DNA of 64,000 nt, taken from assembly GCA_963764165.1 (NCBI GenBank), contig CAVXRD010000002.1, positions 2,304,001 to 2,368,000 of the forward strand. The letters run 5' to 3'. This document shows positions 1 to 13,230 of the stretch, piece by piece. Made by a program: the position numbers and the translations under genes. Position 1 is the stretch's first letter. Each line of letters begins with the position of its first letter. The DNA is from an uncultured Verrucomicrobiae bacterium (lineage in GTDB: Bacteria > Verrucomicrobiota > Verrucomicrobiia > Limisphaerales > Palsa-1400). The notes beneath the pieces were generated by a model, which saw only the letters and a list, made by a program, of their open reading frames with translations, did not search any database and was not told the origin of the DNA.

Positions 1-53
1 ACGATATGCCGATCGCAATCCCGCTTCCGTCACGACGCAAAAAAAGTTAGCGC

Positions 54-2753
54 CTACTTCGGCGCGGCGGGATCACTCGGAGCTTCGCCGCTGACCTCTT
101 CCTTTTCCTCGCTGACGACAGGGGCGATGGCTTGCAGCTTGTCCCTCGATTCCAGATCGATCAGCTTCACGCCTTGTGTGTTGCGGCCGGCTTCGCGGAT
201 GTCACTCACACGCGTGCGCACCATCTGGCCCGCGACCGTGATCAGCATGATCTCGTCGGCGTCCTTCACCGTCAGCGCGCCGACGACTTTGCCGGTGCGG
301 TCGGTGGTTTTCATCGTGATGATGCCTTTGCCGCCGCGTGATTGCTGGCGATATTCGGAAAAATCCGTGCGCTTTCCAACCCCAAGCTCGCCCGCCACCA
401 ATAAAGTGGATTCCTGCACCACGACTGCCAGCGCAACAACGTGATCACCGCTGTCAAGCGTAATGCCTTTGACACCGGACGCGCCGCGCCCCATGGAGCG
501 CACATCCGACTCGCTGAAGCGAATGCTCATGCCGCCGTTGGTGATGAGCACAACGTCATCTCCAGAATCCGCAACCTCGCCATTTTCGGTGATGCTCCCG
601 CGGGTCAATTTCGCGTCGATCAGCGCATCGCCTTGATCAATGCCGATGGCAATGATGCCGCCTTTGCGGACATTCGCGAAATCACTCAGCGATGTTTTCT
701 TGACAGTGCCTTGCCGAGTGGCGAAGAAAATTTCCGATTTCTGCTGCCAGGTTTGATCCTCTTTGTTGGGCCCGGTTTTCGACACGATGCGGATGAGCGC
801 GGCGATTTTTTCCTCGGCTTTCAATTCGAGAAGATTCGCGATGCTCCGGCCTTTGGCGGCCCGGCCCATGTCAGGCACCTCATGAACGCGCTCGACGTAG
901 GCGCGGCCCGTGTTGGTGAAGAACATGAGGTAATCGTGCGTGCTCGCAGTGAACAGATGCTCGATAAAATCGTCGTCGTCCCCCGGAGTGGTCGAGCCTT
1001 CGCGAGTCGTCATGCCGATGACGCCTTTGCCGCCGCGGCGCTGGGCGCGATATGAGCTCACGTTCGTGCGCTTGATCAAACCGCCGTGCGTGATGGTGAT
1101 GATGACGCCCTCGTTGGCGATCAAATCCTCGATGGCAATCTCACCTTCATCAGGCGCGAGTTTCGTCAGGCGCGGGGAGGCGTGCTTTTCCTTGATGACC
1201 AGCAATTCTGCTTTGATGATGCTGAAGACGCGCGCTTCGCGGGCCAGAATGTCGAGAAGATCTTTTATCGTCGCCAGCAATTCCTCGTATTCGGCGCGAA
1301 TCTTGTCCACTTCCAGGCCGGTCAATTGATACAAGCGCAGGTCAAGTATAGAATTTACTTGCGCTTCGGTGAAGGAATAACGCCCGCTGGTCAGGCGCGC
1401 TTCGCTGCGAATGATAATGCCGATGGCCTCAACTTGCTGCTTCGTGAATTCGCGGGCCAGCAATCGGATGCGCGCCTCCTCGCGATTGCTCGAATCGCGA
1501 ATGATGCGGATGAATTCATCCATGTTGGCCAGCGCGATAAGATACGCCTCCAGCGTCTCGGCCCGCTCTTCCGCCTTCCGCAACTCGTAACGCGTGCGGC
1601 GGATAATCACTTCGCGCCGATGTTCGATGTAGCACTGAATGAGTTCCTTGAGCCCGAGCGTCTTCGGCCGGCCGTGATCAATGACGACAGCGTTGATGGC
1701 GAAACTCGTTTCCAGCGCGGTGTGCTGGAATAAATTATTAATGACAACCTTGGGCAGCGCGTCCCGCTTGATTTCGATGACCACGCGCGTGTTCTCGTCG
1801 GATTCGTCTCGGACGGCGGTGATGTCCGGAATCACCTTTTCGTTGACAAGATCGGCGATGCGCTCGACGAGCACGGCGCGGTTGACGTTGTAGGGAATCT
1901 CGGTGATCACGATTTGCTCGCGCCCGTTCTTCATCTCCTCAAGGCCGACCGTTCCGCGAATCTTCACCGAGCCTCGCCCGGTCATAAAATACTGCTTGAT
2001 GCCCGCCAGCCCGCAAATCGTGCAGCCCGTCGGAAAATCCGGGCCTTTGATATGCTGCATCAACTGGTCAACTGTAATTTCGGGGTTATCGATTTGCGCG
2101 CAAACGCCGTCGATCACCTCGCCCAAATTGTGCGGGGCCATGTTGGTGGCCATGCCGACCGCGATGCCTGTGCCGCCATTGACGAGAAGGTTTGGAAACG
2201 CGGCAGGGAATACGCGGGGCTCCGTCAGCCGCTCGTCGTAATTGGGCACGAAATCGACCGTGTCCTTTTCCATGTCGTCCATCAAGGCCGCACCCAAATG
2301 AGTCAGGCGCGCCTCGGTGTAACGCATGGCGGCGGGAGGATCGCCCTCGACCGATCCGAGATTTCCCTGGATATCGACCAGCGTCTCGCGCATCGCCCAC
2401 GGCTGCGCCATGTGGATCAGCGTCGGGTAAATGACAGCTTCGCCGTGCGGATGGAAATCACCGCTCGTGTCGCCGCAAACTTTCGCGCACTTGTAGTGCT
2501 TGCGGCCGGGATAAAGATTCAGCCGCTGCATCGCAAAAAGAATCCGGCGCTGCGAAGGCTTCAATCCGTCGCGCACGTCGGGCAGCGCGCGCGAAATGAT
2601 GACGGACATCGAGTAATCGAGAAACGAATTCTTGATTTCATCGGCGACGTTGATTTTCGCGACCGTCTCGTTCGCCGCGTAGAGCGGTCGGTTTTCGCCC
2701 GGCGGTTGATTCCCGCCTGAGGATGGCTTGGCTGGATCGTTGGTGTCAGACAT
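54..2753 (-). CDS. gyrA: DNA gyrase subunit A
   Basis: 899 aa; SFLDYSMSVIISRALPDVRDGLKP, catalytic AAMRY motif, GyrA-box QRRGGKG; downstream of gyrB. Confidence 0.98.
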   Translation of the reverse strand: MSDTNDPAKPSSGGNQPPGENRPLYAANETVAKINVADEIKNSFLDYSMSVIISRALPDVRDGLKPSQRRILFAMQRLNLYPGRKHYKCAKVCGDTSGDFHPHGEAVIYPTLIHMAQPWAMRETLVDIQGNLGSVEGDPPAAMRYTEARLTHLGAALMDDMEKDTVDFVPNYDERLTEPRVFPAAFPNLLVNGGTGIAVGMATNMAPHNLGEVIDGVCAQIDNPEITVDQLMQHIKGPDFPTGCTICGLAGIKQYFMTGRGSVKIRGTVGLEEMKNGREQIVITEIPYNVNRAVLVERIADLVNEKVIPDITAVRDESDENTRVVIEIKRDALPKVVINNLFQHTALETSFAINAVVIDHGRPKTLGLKELIQCYIEHRREVIIRRTRYELRKAEERAETLEAYLIALANMDEFIRIIRDSSNREEARIRLLAREFTKQQVEAIGIIIRSEARLTSGRYSFTEAQVNSILDLRLYQLTGLEVDKIRAEYEELLATIKDLLDILAREARVFSIIKAELLVIKEKHASPRLTKLAPDEGEIAIEDLIANEGVIITITHGGLIKRTNVSSYRAQRRGGKGVIGMTTREGSTTPGDDDDFIEHLFTASTHDYLMFFTNTGRAYVERVHEVPDMGRAAKGRSIANLLELKAEEKIAALIRIVSKTGPNKEDQTWQQKSEIFFATRQGTVKKTSLSDFANVRKGGIIAIGIDQGDALIDAKLTRGSITENGEVADSGDDVVLITNGGMSIRFSESDVRSMGRGASGVKGITLDSGDHVVALAVVVQESTLLVAGELGVGKRTDFSEYRQQSRGGKGIITMKTTDRTGKVVGALTVKDADEIMLITVAGQMVRTRVSDIREAGRNTQGVKLIDLESRDKLQAIAPVVSEEKEEVSGEAPSDPAAPK

Positions 2754-2796
2754 GAGCGCTAGAAAGATGTCCCGCAGACTTGTTTACGACAAAATT

Positions 2797-3138
2797 GGTT
2801 TGGGGAGCACACGCGCCCTCGCGTGTTGCAGTCGGCGCCCCGCCGACTGCTCTCTGGCGCAGCGGAGCGACTAAGCCGGAACAATTCAGTCGCGTTTGGG
2901 GAGCGCGGTCGTCTCGACCGCTGTTTTCGGCGTCCCGCCGAAAACTCTTCGCGCAAATGCATTTCACCATATGATGATCGTCGAAAACCGCCCAGACTGG
3001 CCGGCGGGACGCCGACCAGAGCGACCGGGACGGTCGCGCTCCCAAATCCAACTGCATCGCTCCGGCTAAGGAAATGCCAAGAAGTGGCCGGCGAGGGCGC
3101 CGGCCACAACACGCGAGGGCGCGTGTGCTCCCCAGACC
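2797..3138. repeat. Triple-nested inverted-repeat (REP-doublet/MITE-like) element between gyrB and gyrA
   Basis: Outer arms ggtttggggagcacacgcgccctcgcgtgttg (2797-2828) / caacacgcgagggcgcgtgtgctccccagacc (3107-3138); middle arms ~2871-2890 / 3051-3070; inner arms 2895-2921 / 3021-3046. Confidence 0.85.
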
Positions 3139-3205
3139 TCCAGCCACGTTTCGAGTTTCGATCAAATTCATTGCCGCATTCACGTTAAAATCTCAGAACG
3201 CTCTC

Positions 3206-5770
<2,565 letters not shown>

Positions 5771-5943
5771 CTAAAATCTACGGGAAAATGCCGTTTTTAA
5801 CAACTCTTAAAATGCGCTTTTTTTTCGGGAAAAATACCATTAGTTGAGGATGGCTCGATCAAGCTACCCAATAACTTGTAGTAGAAGCGCAATTCTTGAT
5901 CGGCAGGTTCCATTTTGGTCATTTTTCGAAAAAAGAGGTTGGA

Positions 5944-5985
5944 TTTGGTGACATTTGGTGACAATAGCTGACATTTGGTGACATT
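5944..5985. repeat. 10-bp-period tandem repeat (tttggtgaca)
   Basis: tttggtgaca tttggtgaca atagctgaca tttggtgaca upstream of gyrB. Confidence 0.8.
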
Positions 5986-6559
5986 GGCTGGCTTCGGCTG
6001 CGGTTGAACATTTGAGTCGGTGACAACAGCCTGAAAATGGGTTGGAGACGGCACGGCACAGCCAACGCGAAGAGACGCCATCAGGCCAAGACTTTCCGTT
6101 CCGGGTGTCGGCCCGTCTTCCGTGCTCCGTCCTTCCATCCCTGTCCAATAATATATAGACATGGAAGGACTTTGGCACATTGATTTTGAAACAGAAAACC
6201 TACCAGAGGTTTTTTGGCACGATTTTTAACGGAAAAATGAAAAAATGAATCTGGAACGCCCGAACTCAGGAAAGAAGACCGCTGTCGAATTGACGCGCAA
6301 CGATAATTCGGCGCAAGCTCACTCCCTCGGTCTTCCTCCTGTTCAATTTTTCCCTGTTTTTGTGTTTGAGGGTGAGATGCGAGTTTCCGGCGTCGAATCA
6401 ATAGGATCAGACAATGGAGCTGGAGCTGTAGGGAAAAGCATTCCGATCGCGCCAATTGTTAGAAAAGCAGCGCGTATCGAGCATTGCAGGAAAAGCCTGC
6501 AATTATTTGTTTTCAAAGCGTGGCGGCGCACTCTGCGTGAGCCGCCGCCACATAAGGAC

Positions 6560-7114
6560 TTAGGCGAAGGTCGGAGAGACTTCGACTTTTTGGCCGGGGG
6601 CGACCACCAGATCGCTTCCCGCCGACCAAACCTGGTCGTTGAGAAGAACCTTGAAGGTGATCGGGTTTGCCACGGTTTGCGTCCAGCGCCACGTGCCGCC
6701 GTCAACGCAGGAAAGCGGCACGCCGCGCTCCCAGTTGAGGCCGGAACCCTGGCCGCGCAGGTAAACCACGTTGCCAAATCCCACATCGATTTTGACCTCG
6801 ATGGTGGTGGCCTTCGGTTCGGTCGCGGCGGGCTTCGCCGGGGTTGTAGGTTTCGTTGGGGCTGCGGCCTTCACCGGTGCGGATGCGGGAGCAGCAGCAA
6901 CAGGGGCAGGAGCCGGGGTGGAAGCAACGGCGGCAGTTTTCGGAGCAGCCGGAGCATGGGTGGAAGCCGTGGTGGCTTTGGGAGCCGGAGCGGAAACGGC
7001 TGCGGCACTCGCGACAGTTTTCGGAGCGCTTGCAACAGTTTTCGGGGCGGCGGTGGTTATCTTTGTATCGGTCGGTTTCAGGGCGGCAGAGGCCGCGCTT
7101 TTTTTCGTTTTCAT
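6560..7114 (-). CDS. Ala/Pro/Thr/Lys-rich protein with C-terminal CBM20-like (carbohydrate-binding) domain
   Basis: Low-complexity N-terminus (APKTVAS repeats) then IEVKIDVGFGNVVYLRG..LNWERG..WRW, resembling starch-binding beta-sandwich modules. Confidence 0.6.
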   Translation of the reverse strand: MKTKKSAASAALKPTDTKITTAAPKTVASAPKTVASAAAVSAPAPKATTASTHAPAAPKTAAVASTPAPAPVAAAPASAPVKAAAPTKPTTPAKPAATEPKATTIEVKIDVGFGNVVYLRGQGSGLNWERGVPLSCVDGGTWRWTQTVANPITFKVLLNDQVWSAGSDLVVAPGQKVEVSPTFA

Positions 7115-7329
7115 ATTCAGAGTTCCAATCAACTTAAAGAAGGCAGAGAGCTTGCAGCGCCCTGCTTGGGATACGGATCATCCTTTCGAGTATTTCATCG
7201 GAGGCACGAAGACGACTCCCATGTTGGATACTCAGGCCTTTTGCAATGCAAGTCAAGCTCTGGGCGTTACCAAGAAATCGCAGGGGCGCAGGACAAAATT
7301 CTTCACGAAAGAAGAGAGCCGCAGCCGGC

Positions 7330-8763
7330 TCATGTTCTCCAGAAGATTTTCCGGCGCGTCAGGAAACTTACAGTGAAGGCAATGAGCAGCATCACAATTA
7401 CGCCTTTCCAAAAACCGCGCCACGGCGTAGTGGCCAGGGCTTCCATCCGCTGATCAATCCCAATCAAGGCCAGCAGCGGGAGGATGAGATTGTTGATGCC
7501 CGCGTAGGCAATCATCGGGTTTTGGCCGTTGTCGATCAGCAGTTGCAGCCAGCGCCGGCGCTGCAAGGCGTCAATAATAATGGAAAGCGCGATGTAAACG
7601 CAGAGGGCCAGCCCGGCAGTCACAAAATAATAGCTCATCGTCGGGTGATCTTTTTTGATGCCGCCTTCGCAAGGCTCGAAAACGAGGCCGAGGACGAGCC
7701 AGTAAATCGCCCAATTGAAAAGCCGTTGGTAGAGGACTTCCGTGGCGTTCAACGGCTTCCGAAAAAGAAACCACGCGGCCGCGCAAAGTCCAAATACGCA
7801 AAGAGCCGTCCACGGAAGCCACCGCGCCTTGAGGCCGATGACGGTGAGCAGGACCATCTCGGCCATTGTCAGGAAAATGCAGGCGTATCGCGCCAGCGAC
7901 CAACTGGCGTTCGTCGTTTCGCTGCGCGTCCAAGCCAGAATCAAATCACCGGCAATGGTTCCCGCGATGACGAGGTAAAGATATTGCAGATAATACAGGC
8001 GGTAGACCCACGGCAGCGGCGAATACATCCACACGTCATGCACCCAGCCGGGAACCGGTTGCGGCAAATTGGAAAGGCGGATGGCCAGCAGGATTCCGAG
8101 CACTCCCAGCCTGACAAGCAGATTCTTTCGGGTCGCCATCCAAATCAGCGAACCGCAGACGGCCATGTTGGCCAGGACAATTATAATAATGTCGCTGCGA
8201 TTCAGACGAAATCCCGAGCCGTCGGGATATTTCGCAAGCCAAAGAAAGGCGCACGCGCCACCCCACCCGGCAGCGCGAATTCCAAATTTGGCCGCGAAAG
8301 ACCATCGCTCAGGAAGGCGCGTCAGAATTAAAAACAGGATGAGAAAACCCAGCAAGCCCACCCACATGGTTGCGCTGTCTGGATTGGTTTTCAGGACGTG
8401 CGGGCGGATATCCATGACGAACAGCGCAAAAAACGTCAGGAGAAATCCGCGCTCCAACACGAAGGCCAACAGTTTCCAAACAGGCTCGCCCTTGTCCATC
8501 CGCCTCGAGAACGCGAGCGGGAAGGCCGCGCCCATGGAAAAAAGGAAAAATGGAAAGACCAGATCGACCCAAGTGATGCCCGGGAATCGATCCGACCAAA
8601 TGAAATGCGGCGGGGCCACTTGCGCGTGATACATCCAGCCTGGCAGCGCATTGTCCTCCTCGGGCATGAGACTGGATAGCAGCATGGCTAGGATGGCCAG
8701 GCCGCGCAGCGCATCGAGAGCCAGGGCGCGTTTGCTGGTGGGAAGGCTGGGGCTTTCAGTCAT
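7330..8763 (-). CDS. DUF5009 / heparan-alpha-glucosaminide N-acetyltransferase-like membrane protein
   Basis: RALALDALRG, GITWVDLVFPFFLF, GIKKD..T.SY, C-terminal KIFWRT; many TM segments. Confidence 0.85.
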   Translation of the reverse strand: MTESPSLPTSKRALALDALRGLAILAMLLSSLMPEEDNALPGWMYHAQVAPPHFIWSDRFPGITWVDLVFPFFLFSMGAAFPLAFSRRMDKGEPVWKLLAFVLERGFLLTFFALFVMDIRPHVLKTNPDSATMWVGLLGFLILFLILTRLPERWSFAAKFGIRAAGWGGACAFLWLAKYPDGSGFRLNRSDIIIIVLANMAVCGSLIWMATRKNLLVRLGVLGILLAIRLSNLPQPVPGWVHDVWMYSPLPWVYRLYYLQYLYLVIAGTIAGDLILAWTRSETTNASWSLARYACIFLTMAEMVLLTVIGLKARWLPWTALCVFGLCAAAWFLFRKPLNATEVLYQRLFNWAIYWLVLGLVFEPCEGGIKKDHPTMSYYFVTAGLALCVYIALSIIIDALQRRRWLQLLIDNGQNPMIAYAGINNLILPLLALIGIDQRMEALATTPWRGFWKGVIVMLLIAFTVSFLTRRKIFWRT

Positions 8764-8785
8764 GGCCGTTGTTCAGACCCGAAGA

Positions 8786-8971
8786 CGGAGCGCGGCTGTG
8801 TCGAAGACCAGCCGCAGCCATGTTAAAAGCGAGAGGCGCGCAAGCTAATTCGAATGCCGCTGCGGCTGGTCTTCGACACAGCCGCGCTCCGGCGGAGACG
8901 GGCGCCAAGGCTGAGCAAGGCATGGCTCGGCTGGAGCCTCGCCCAACCAAATTCATCGGTTCAATGCGCGA
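8786..8971. repeat. REP doublet plus one arm of a second REP family
   Basis: cggagcgcggctgtgtcgaagaccagccgcagc (8786-8818) and its exact inverse (8859-8891); catggctcggctggagcctcgccc (8921-8944); homologous inverted copy at 52521-52705. Confidence 0.9.
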
Positions 8972-9101
8972 AAAATTCGTTTCAAGGAACTTTCTCCCGG
9001 GCCTTCTTTCCGCAAACGGGGGCGGCGGAATCATTCAAGCGCCCTTTGGATGTTTGACTGCCATAAATTGAGACGCGCCGCTTTCTCGCGCATCAGAAAA
9101 A

Positions 9102-9950
9102 TCACACCTTGCCGAATTTCTTCATCGCCGCGTAACTGCGCGCAACGGCGTCCATCGGCTCTTTGCTCGTCTCGTGCTCCACCACGTACCATTGCGTGCC
9201 GCCCTTGGTTTCGCACCAGTCAAAGATAAGGCGCCAATTCAATTTGTCCTCGCCGATGACGGATTCAGGACCGCCGCCGTGCGCCTTGATGTGGATGCTC
9301 CTCGTGCGGCCCGGGAATTTGTGCAGTTCCGTCATCGGATCCGCGCCACCGTCGCAGCAATTGCTGGTGTCGAGCTGCAGGATGACGTCGGCCTTGGTGT
9401 TCTTGCCAAAAATTTCCCACGGCAACTCGCCTTCGACGGGATGAAAATCGTGGAAGTGCGAATGATAACCGATGGAGAGCTGCATCGGCCTCAACTTGTC
9501 CGCCAGCCCATCGAAATATTTGCACTTTTCAAGCCAGACGGCGCGGGTGGCGCCGGTCATGTCCGGCACGATGATGAAATGATTGCCAATGGTTTTGTTG
9601 AATTCAATCGTCGCATCCAATTTATCCGCCGCGACGTCTTCCGAAGGAGTGTGCGAGCCGCACGCGATGAGGCCGTTGTCGTCCAGCATTTTTCGGATTT
9701 CCTTGGCTGACAGTTTCCAATATCCGGCGAACTCCACCCCCGCGTAGCCGATCTTGGAAATTTTCGCCAGCGTGCCGGGAAAATCTTTTTTGCAATCCTC
9801 ACGCACGGAATAAAGCTGAACGCCGACGGGAATTTTCGGTTTGTCCTGCTTCGCCTGCGCGCTCAAGCCGAGCGAAAGACCAGCGGCGCCAAGGGCGGAG
9901 ACTTGCAGGAAATTGCGTCGGGAAATGGAATCGGTATGTGGATGTTTCAT
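9102..9950 (-). CDS. Tat-exported sugar phosphate isomerase/epimerase (xylose isomerase-like TIM barrel)
   Basis: SRRNFL twin-arginine signal; GVQLYSVR, GYHSH, QLD, HIK, VEHE motifs. Confidence 0.9.
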   Translation of the reverse strand: MKHPHTDSISRRNFLQVSALGAAGLSLGLSAQAKQDKPKIPVGVQLYSVREDCKKDFPGTLAKISKIGYAGVEFAGYWKLSAKEIRKMLDDNGLIACGSHTPSEDVAADKLDATIEFNKTIGNHFIIVPDMTGATRAVWLEKCKYFDGLADKLRPMQLSIGYHSHFHDFHPVEGELPWEIFGKNTKADVILQLDTSNCCDGGADPMTELHKFPGRTRSIHIKAHGGGPESVIGEDKLNWRLIFDWCETKGGTQWYVVEHETSKEPMDAVARSYAAMKKFGKV

Positions 9951-9965
9951 GAAATGGATTTCCTA

Positions 9966-11288
9966 TCAGGCGTGGCGCATGTAGGGGAGCGACCACGGTT
10001 TGCGATACTTGACGTGCACCAGCTTGTCGGCCTTGTCGTCGTCGATGACTTTTTCCGCGACGGAATCCCAGGCAATTTTGTGGCCGGTGCGGTAGGCGAT
10101 GTTGCCCAAATGCGCCAGCGACGAAACGCGATGGCCGATTTCGAGATTCAAAACGGGCTGCTGGCGTGATTTGACGCAGGACAGAAAATTCCGAACGTGC
10201 GCGGGCCGCGGGTCGCCCTTCCCCTTTACCTTCTGGGATGGGATATTCCCTTTCTTAGGCTCGGTCTTGAGATCCCAGCCGGTGTCATCAAGAATAATGC
10301 TGCCCTCGGTGCCGTGCCACTCGATGCCCCACGAGCGGCCGTTCAACCCATTGTTAATTCCCGCGCGATGCTCCCAAATTAATTGGCAGCTTGGAAATTC
10401 GTAAACGGTCACCAGCGAATCGGGGGTTTCGGAATCGTCGTCAAAAATAAATTTGCCGCCGCACGCGGAAACGGATTTGGGATTTTCCGGCGGCAAACCC
10501 ATCGAGGCGATGTTGAGCAAATGAACGCCCCAATCGGTCATCAGCCCGCCCGCGTAATCCCAGAACCAGCGGAAATTAAAGATGAAGCGATTCTGGTTGA
10601 AGGGACGCAACGGCGCGGGGCCAAGCCAAAAATCATAATCCACCGTGGACGGCGGCGGCCCGTCCGCGACGTGTCCAATGCTCGGCAGCCAATCGAGAAA
10701 CGCCCACGCGCGGGCCAGCGAAACTTTCCCAAGCTGCCCGGAACGAATCAACTCCGCCGCCTCGATAATGTGATCGGCGCTGCGCCATTGCGAACCCATC
10801 TGCACAACACGGTTATGGCGGCGCGAGGCTTCGAGCATGGCGCGGCCCTCAGCGATGGTTTTCGCCAGCGGTTTTTCCACGTAAATATCCTTGCCCGCCT
10901 GCGCGGCCATCACCATCGGCAGCGCGTGCCAATGATCCGGGGTGGCAATCAAAACAACGTCTATGTCCTTCCTGTCAAGCACCCGGCGAAAATCTTTCAC
11001 GGCATCGGGCTTCTTGCCGCGCTGCTCCTGGCAAATGTCCAGGCCCTTGGCGATTTGCGCATCATCGACGTCGCAAATGACAGCGCAATCGACTTCTGGA
11101 TTGAGAAAAAAACATTTCAAATCGCCCTGCCCCATGCCGCCGCAGCCGATCAGGCCGAGACGGACTTTATCATTGGGGCCCGGCTCACCGGCGCGGGCGC
11201 TGCGGATGAAAGGAGGAGAGAAAGTGCCGGCCGCAAGCGCGGCGAGCGCAGATTTGCCCAGGAATTCCCGCCGATTCAATTTAGCCAT
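9966..11288 (-). CDS. Tat-exported Gfo/Idh/MocA family oxidoreductase
   Basis: NRREFL signal; GLIGCGGMG, ATPDHWH, YVEKP, WLGPAP, DWGVH. Confidence 0.92.
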   Translation of the reverse strand: MAKLNRREFLGKSALAALAAGTFSPPFIRSARAGEPGPNDKVRLGLIGCGGMGQGDLKCFFLNPEVDCAVICDVDDAQIAKGLDICQEQRGKKPDAVKDFRRVLDRKDIDVVLIATPDHWHALPMVMAAQAGKDIYVEKPLAKTIAEGRAMLEASRRHNRVVQMGSQWRSADHIIEAAELIRSGQLGKVSLARAWAFLDWLPSIGHVADGPPPSTVDYDFWLGPAPLRPFNQNRFIFNFRWFWDYAGGLMTDWGVHLLNIASMGLPPENPKSVSACGGKFIFDDDSETPDSLVTVYEFPSCQLIWEHRAGINNGLNGRSWGIEWHGTEGSIILDDTGWDLKTEPKKGNIPSQKVKGKGDPRPAHVRNFLSCVKSRQQPVLNLEIGHRVSSLAHLGNIAYRTGHKIAWDSVAEKVIDDDKADKLVHVKYRKPWSLPYMRHA

Positions 11289-11480
11289 AGCGAAAACATA
11301 ATTGTGGAAGTCCCGAGCAATCCGCGCAAGGGAATTCACTCTCGATCACCGAGGACGCGGCAGGGCATGGAGATGGGATTAATAAGACTTATAGGACCCA
11401 GATGACCTATCGTGCGCTTGACAAATATCAGCGGCTAATAATCTCTTTGCCGCATCGCCGACATTCGTTACGTTGATGGC

Positions 11481-12479
11481 ATGAGTTTTTCGGCACTTGG
11501 ACAATTCCCCGCCTATCGGCCGCGGCGCTTGCGGCAATCGCCGGTGTTGCGAAAGCTGGTTCGCGAAACATCGTTGCAGCCCCACCAATTCGTCCTGCCG
11601 CTTTTTGCGCGTCCTGGCCGCAAGGTTCGACTGCCAGTCGGCTCGATGCCCGGTGTGTTCCAGCTTTCGCCCGACGAAATTCTGCTCGAAACGGAAAAGG
11701 CCTGCGCGGCGGGAGTATCAGCAGTGCTGCTGTTCGGCATTCCTGACCAGAAGGACGAAAAAGCTTCAGGCGCTTTTGCGGCCAGTGGCATTGTCCAGCA
11801 AACGGTGAAATTGCTCAAAAAGCATCTCCCAGATTGCCTGGTCATCACGGATGTTTGTCTCTGCGAATACATGAGCCATGGCCATTGTGGACTTGTGCAT
11901 AAGGGCGGAAAGGTCGCGAACGATCCGACGCTTTCCATCCTGGCGCGCACCGCCTTGAGCCACGCGGAGGCGGGCGCGGACATCGTCGCGCCGAGTGATA
12001 TGATGGACGGCCGCGTTGGCGCCATCCGGCAGTTGCTCGACAGCAAGGGGCTTGAAGATACCCCGATTCTTTCTTACGCCGCGAAATTCGCCTCGGCTTA
12101 TTACGGACCTTTCCGCGAAGCCGCCGAATCGGCCCCGAAATTCGGGGACCGCCGCGCATACCAAATGGACGGCGGCAACGCGCTGGAAGCGTTGCGCGAA
12201 GTGGCGATGGATATTCAGGAAGGCGCGGACATGGTGATGGTGAAACCCGCGCTGGCGTATCTCGATATTCTTTACCGCGTGAAAACGGAATTCGGATATC
12301 CGACCGCCGCCTATGCCGTGAGCGGCGAATTTTCGATGATCAAAGCCGCCGCCGAAAAAGGCTGGCTGGACGAACGCGCGGTGGCGCTGGAAACCATGCT
12401 CTCGCTGCGCAGGGCCGGCGCGGATTTCATTGTGACTTACTTTGCGACCGATCTCGCGCGATGGCTCAAGGAAGGCTGA
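11481..12479 (+). CDS. hemB: Porphobilinogen synthase (delta-aminolevulinate dehydratase)
   Basis: RPRRLR, DVCLCEYMSHGHCG, APSDMMDGR, MVKP, SGE motifs. Confidence 0.97.
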   Translation: MSFSALGQFPAYRPRRLRQSPVLRKLVRETSLQPHQFVLPLFARPGRKVRLPVGSMPGVFQLSPDEILLETEKACAAGVSAVLLFGIPDQKDEKASGAFAASGIVQQTVKLLKKHLPDCLVITDVCLCEYMSHGHCGLVHKGGKVANDPTLSILARTALSHAEAGADIVAPSDMMDGRVGAIRQLLDSKGLEDTPILSYAAKFASAYYGPFREAAESAPKFGDRRAYQMDGGNALEALREVAMDIQEGADMVMVKPALAYLDILYRVKTEFGYPTAAYAVSGEFSMIKAAAEKGWLDERAVALETMLSLRRAGADFIVTYFATDLARWLKEG

Positions 12480-12631
12480 GCCAGAGGGCCGGATAAAATT
12501 CCTCCGCCGCTGTGTTCGCTGAAGGCGGCAGAAGTGTCTCGCCTCTGACGGGCTGATCTGGCGGCGGGACGCCGCTGCCACTCTCTTCGTGAAGAATTTG
12601 GTCCCGCCTCCGGCCAAGCCACCGCCGCGAA

Positions 12632-13138
12632 TTACTTCTTGAAAATCATCAGGCAGACCAGGCCAACGACGACGACGGCCAAAACAATAATCACGGCGAC
12701 AAAAACTTTATTGGCCGTGTTGCTTTTCTTGGCAAACGCGCTCTTGTCAAAAGTCGCCGTCTTGGTTCCAGGCTCCCCGCCCAGCTTGACGCCTTGCGGA
12801 ATGACCATGGTTTGATCCGGCATTTTCTTCGGCGAGGCTTTTTGGGCGGCGCCGTCTTCCAGGCGCATTTCGATCTGGCCCAGGCGCAAAATTTGTCCCG
12901 GCTTGAGCGGCGCTTCGCCTGTCACCTGATGGCCGTTGATAAAGGTGCCGTTGGTGGAATTCAAATCGCGGATAATGACATCCGCTCCGCGCAGCAAAAT
13001 CTCGCAGTGATGGCTGGAAACCGACGCTTCGGCGATCGGGAAGGTATTGTCGTCGACGCGCCCGACGGTGGTCTTTTCGACCGCCAGCTCGTACGTCTTC
13101 CCGGTCAAGCCTTCACTTAATAGAACAAGTTTTGCCAT
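12632..13138 (-). CDS. FHA domain protein with C-terminal membrane anchor
   Basis: VGR..DN, SVSSHHC, DLNSTNGTFING; C-terminal hydrophobic helix. Confidence 0.9.
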   Translation of the reverse strand: MAKLVLLSEGLTGKTYELAVEKTTVGRVDDNTFPIAEASVSSHHCEILLRGADVIIRDLNSTNGTFINGHQVTGEAPLKPGQILRLGQIEMRLEDGAAQKASPKKMPDQTMVIPQGVKLGGEPGTKTATFDKSAFAKKSNTANKVFVAVIIVLAVVVVGLVCLMIFKK

Positions 13139-13230
13139 AGTCAGGATTTGGTCGAATTATGTCCCTCGCCCGGCTCAAGTCAAAACCTTTTTCCCCGTGG
13201 ACACGGCGGATGGGCGCGAGTTTCCATAAT

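Noticed and set aside
5797..6455. Short ORFs upstream of gyrB
   Set aside because: Composed of micro-repeats and AT-rich regulatory sequence; no protein-like features.
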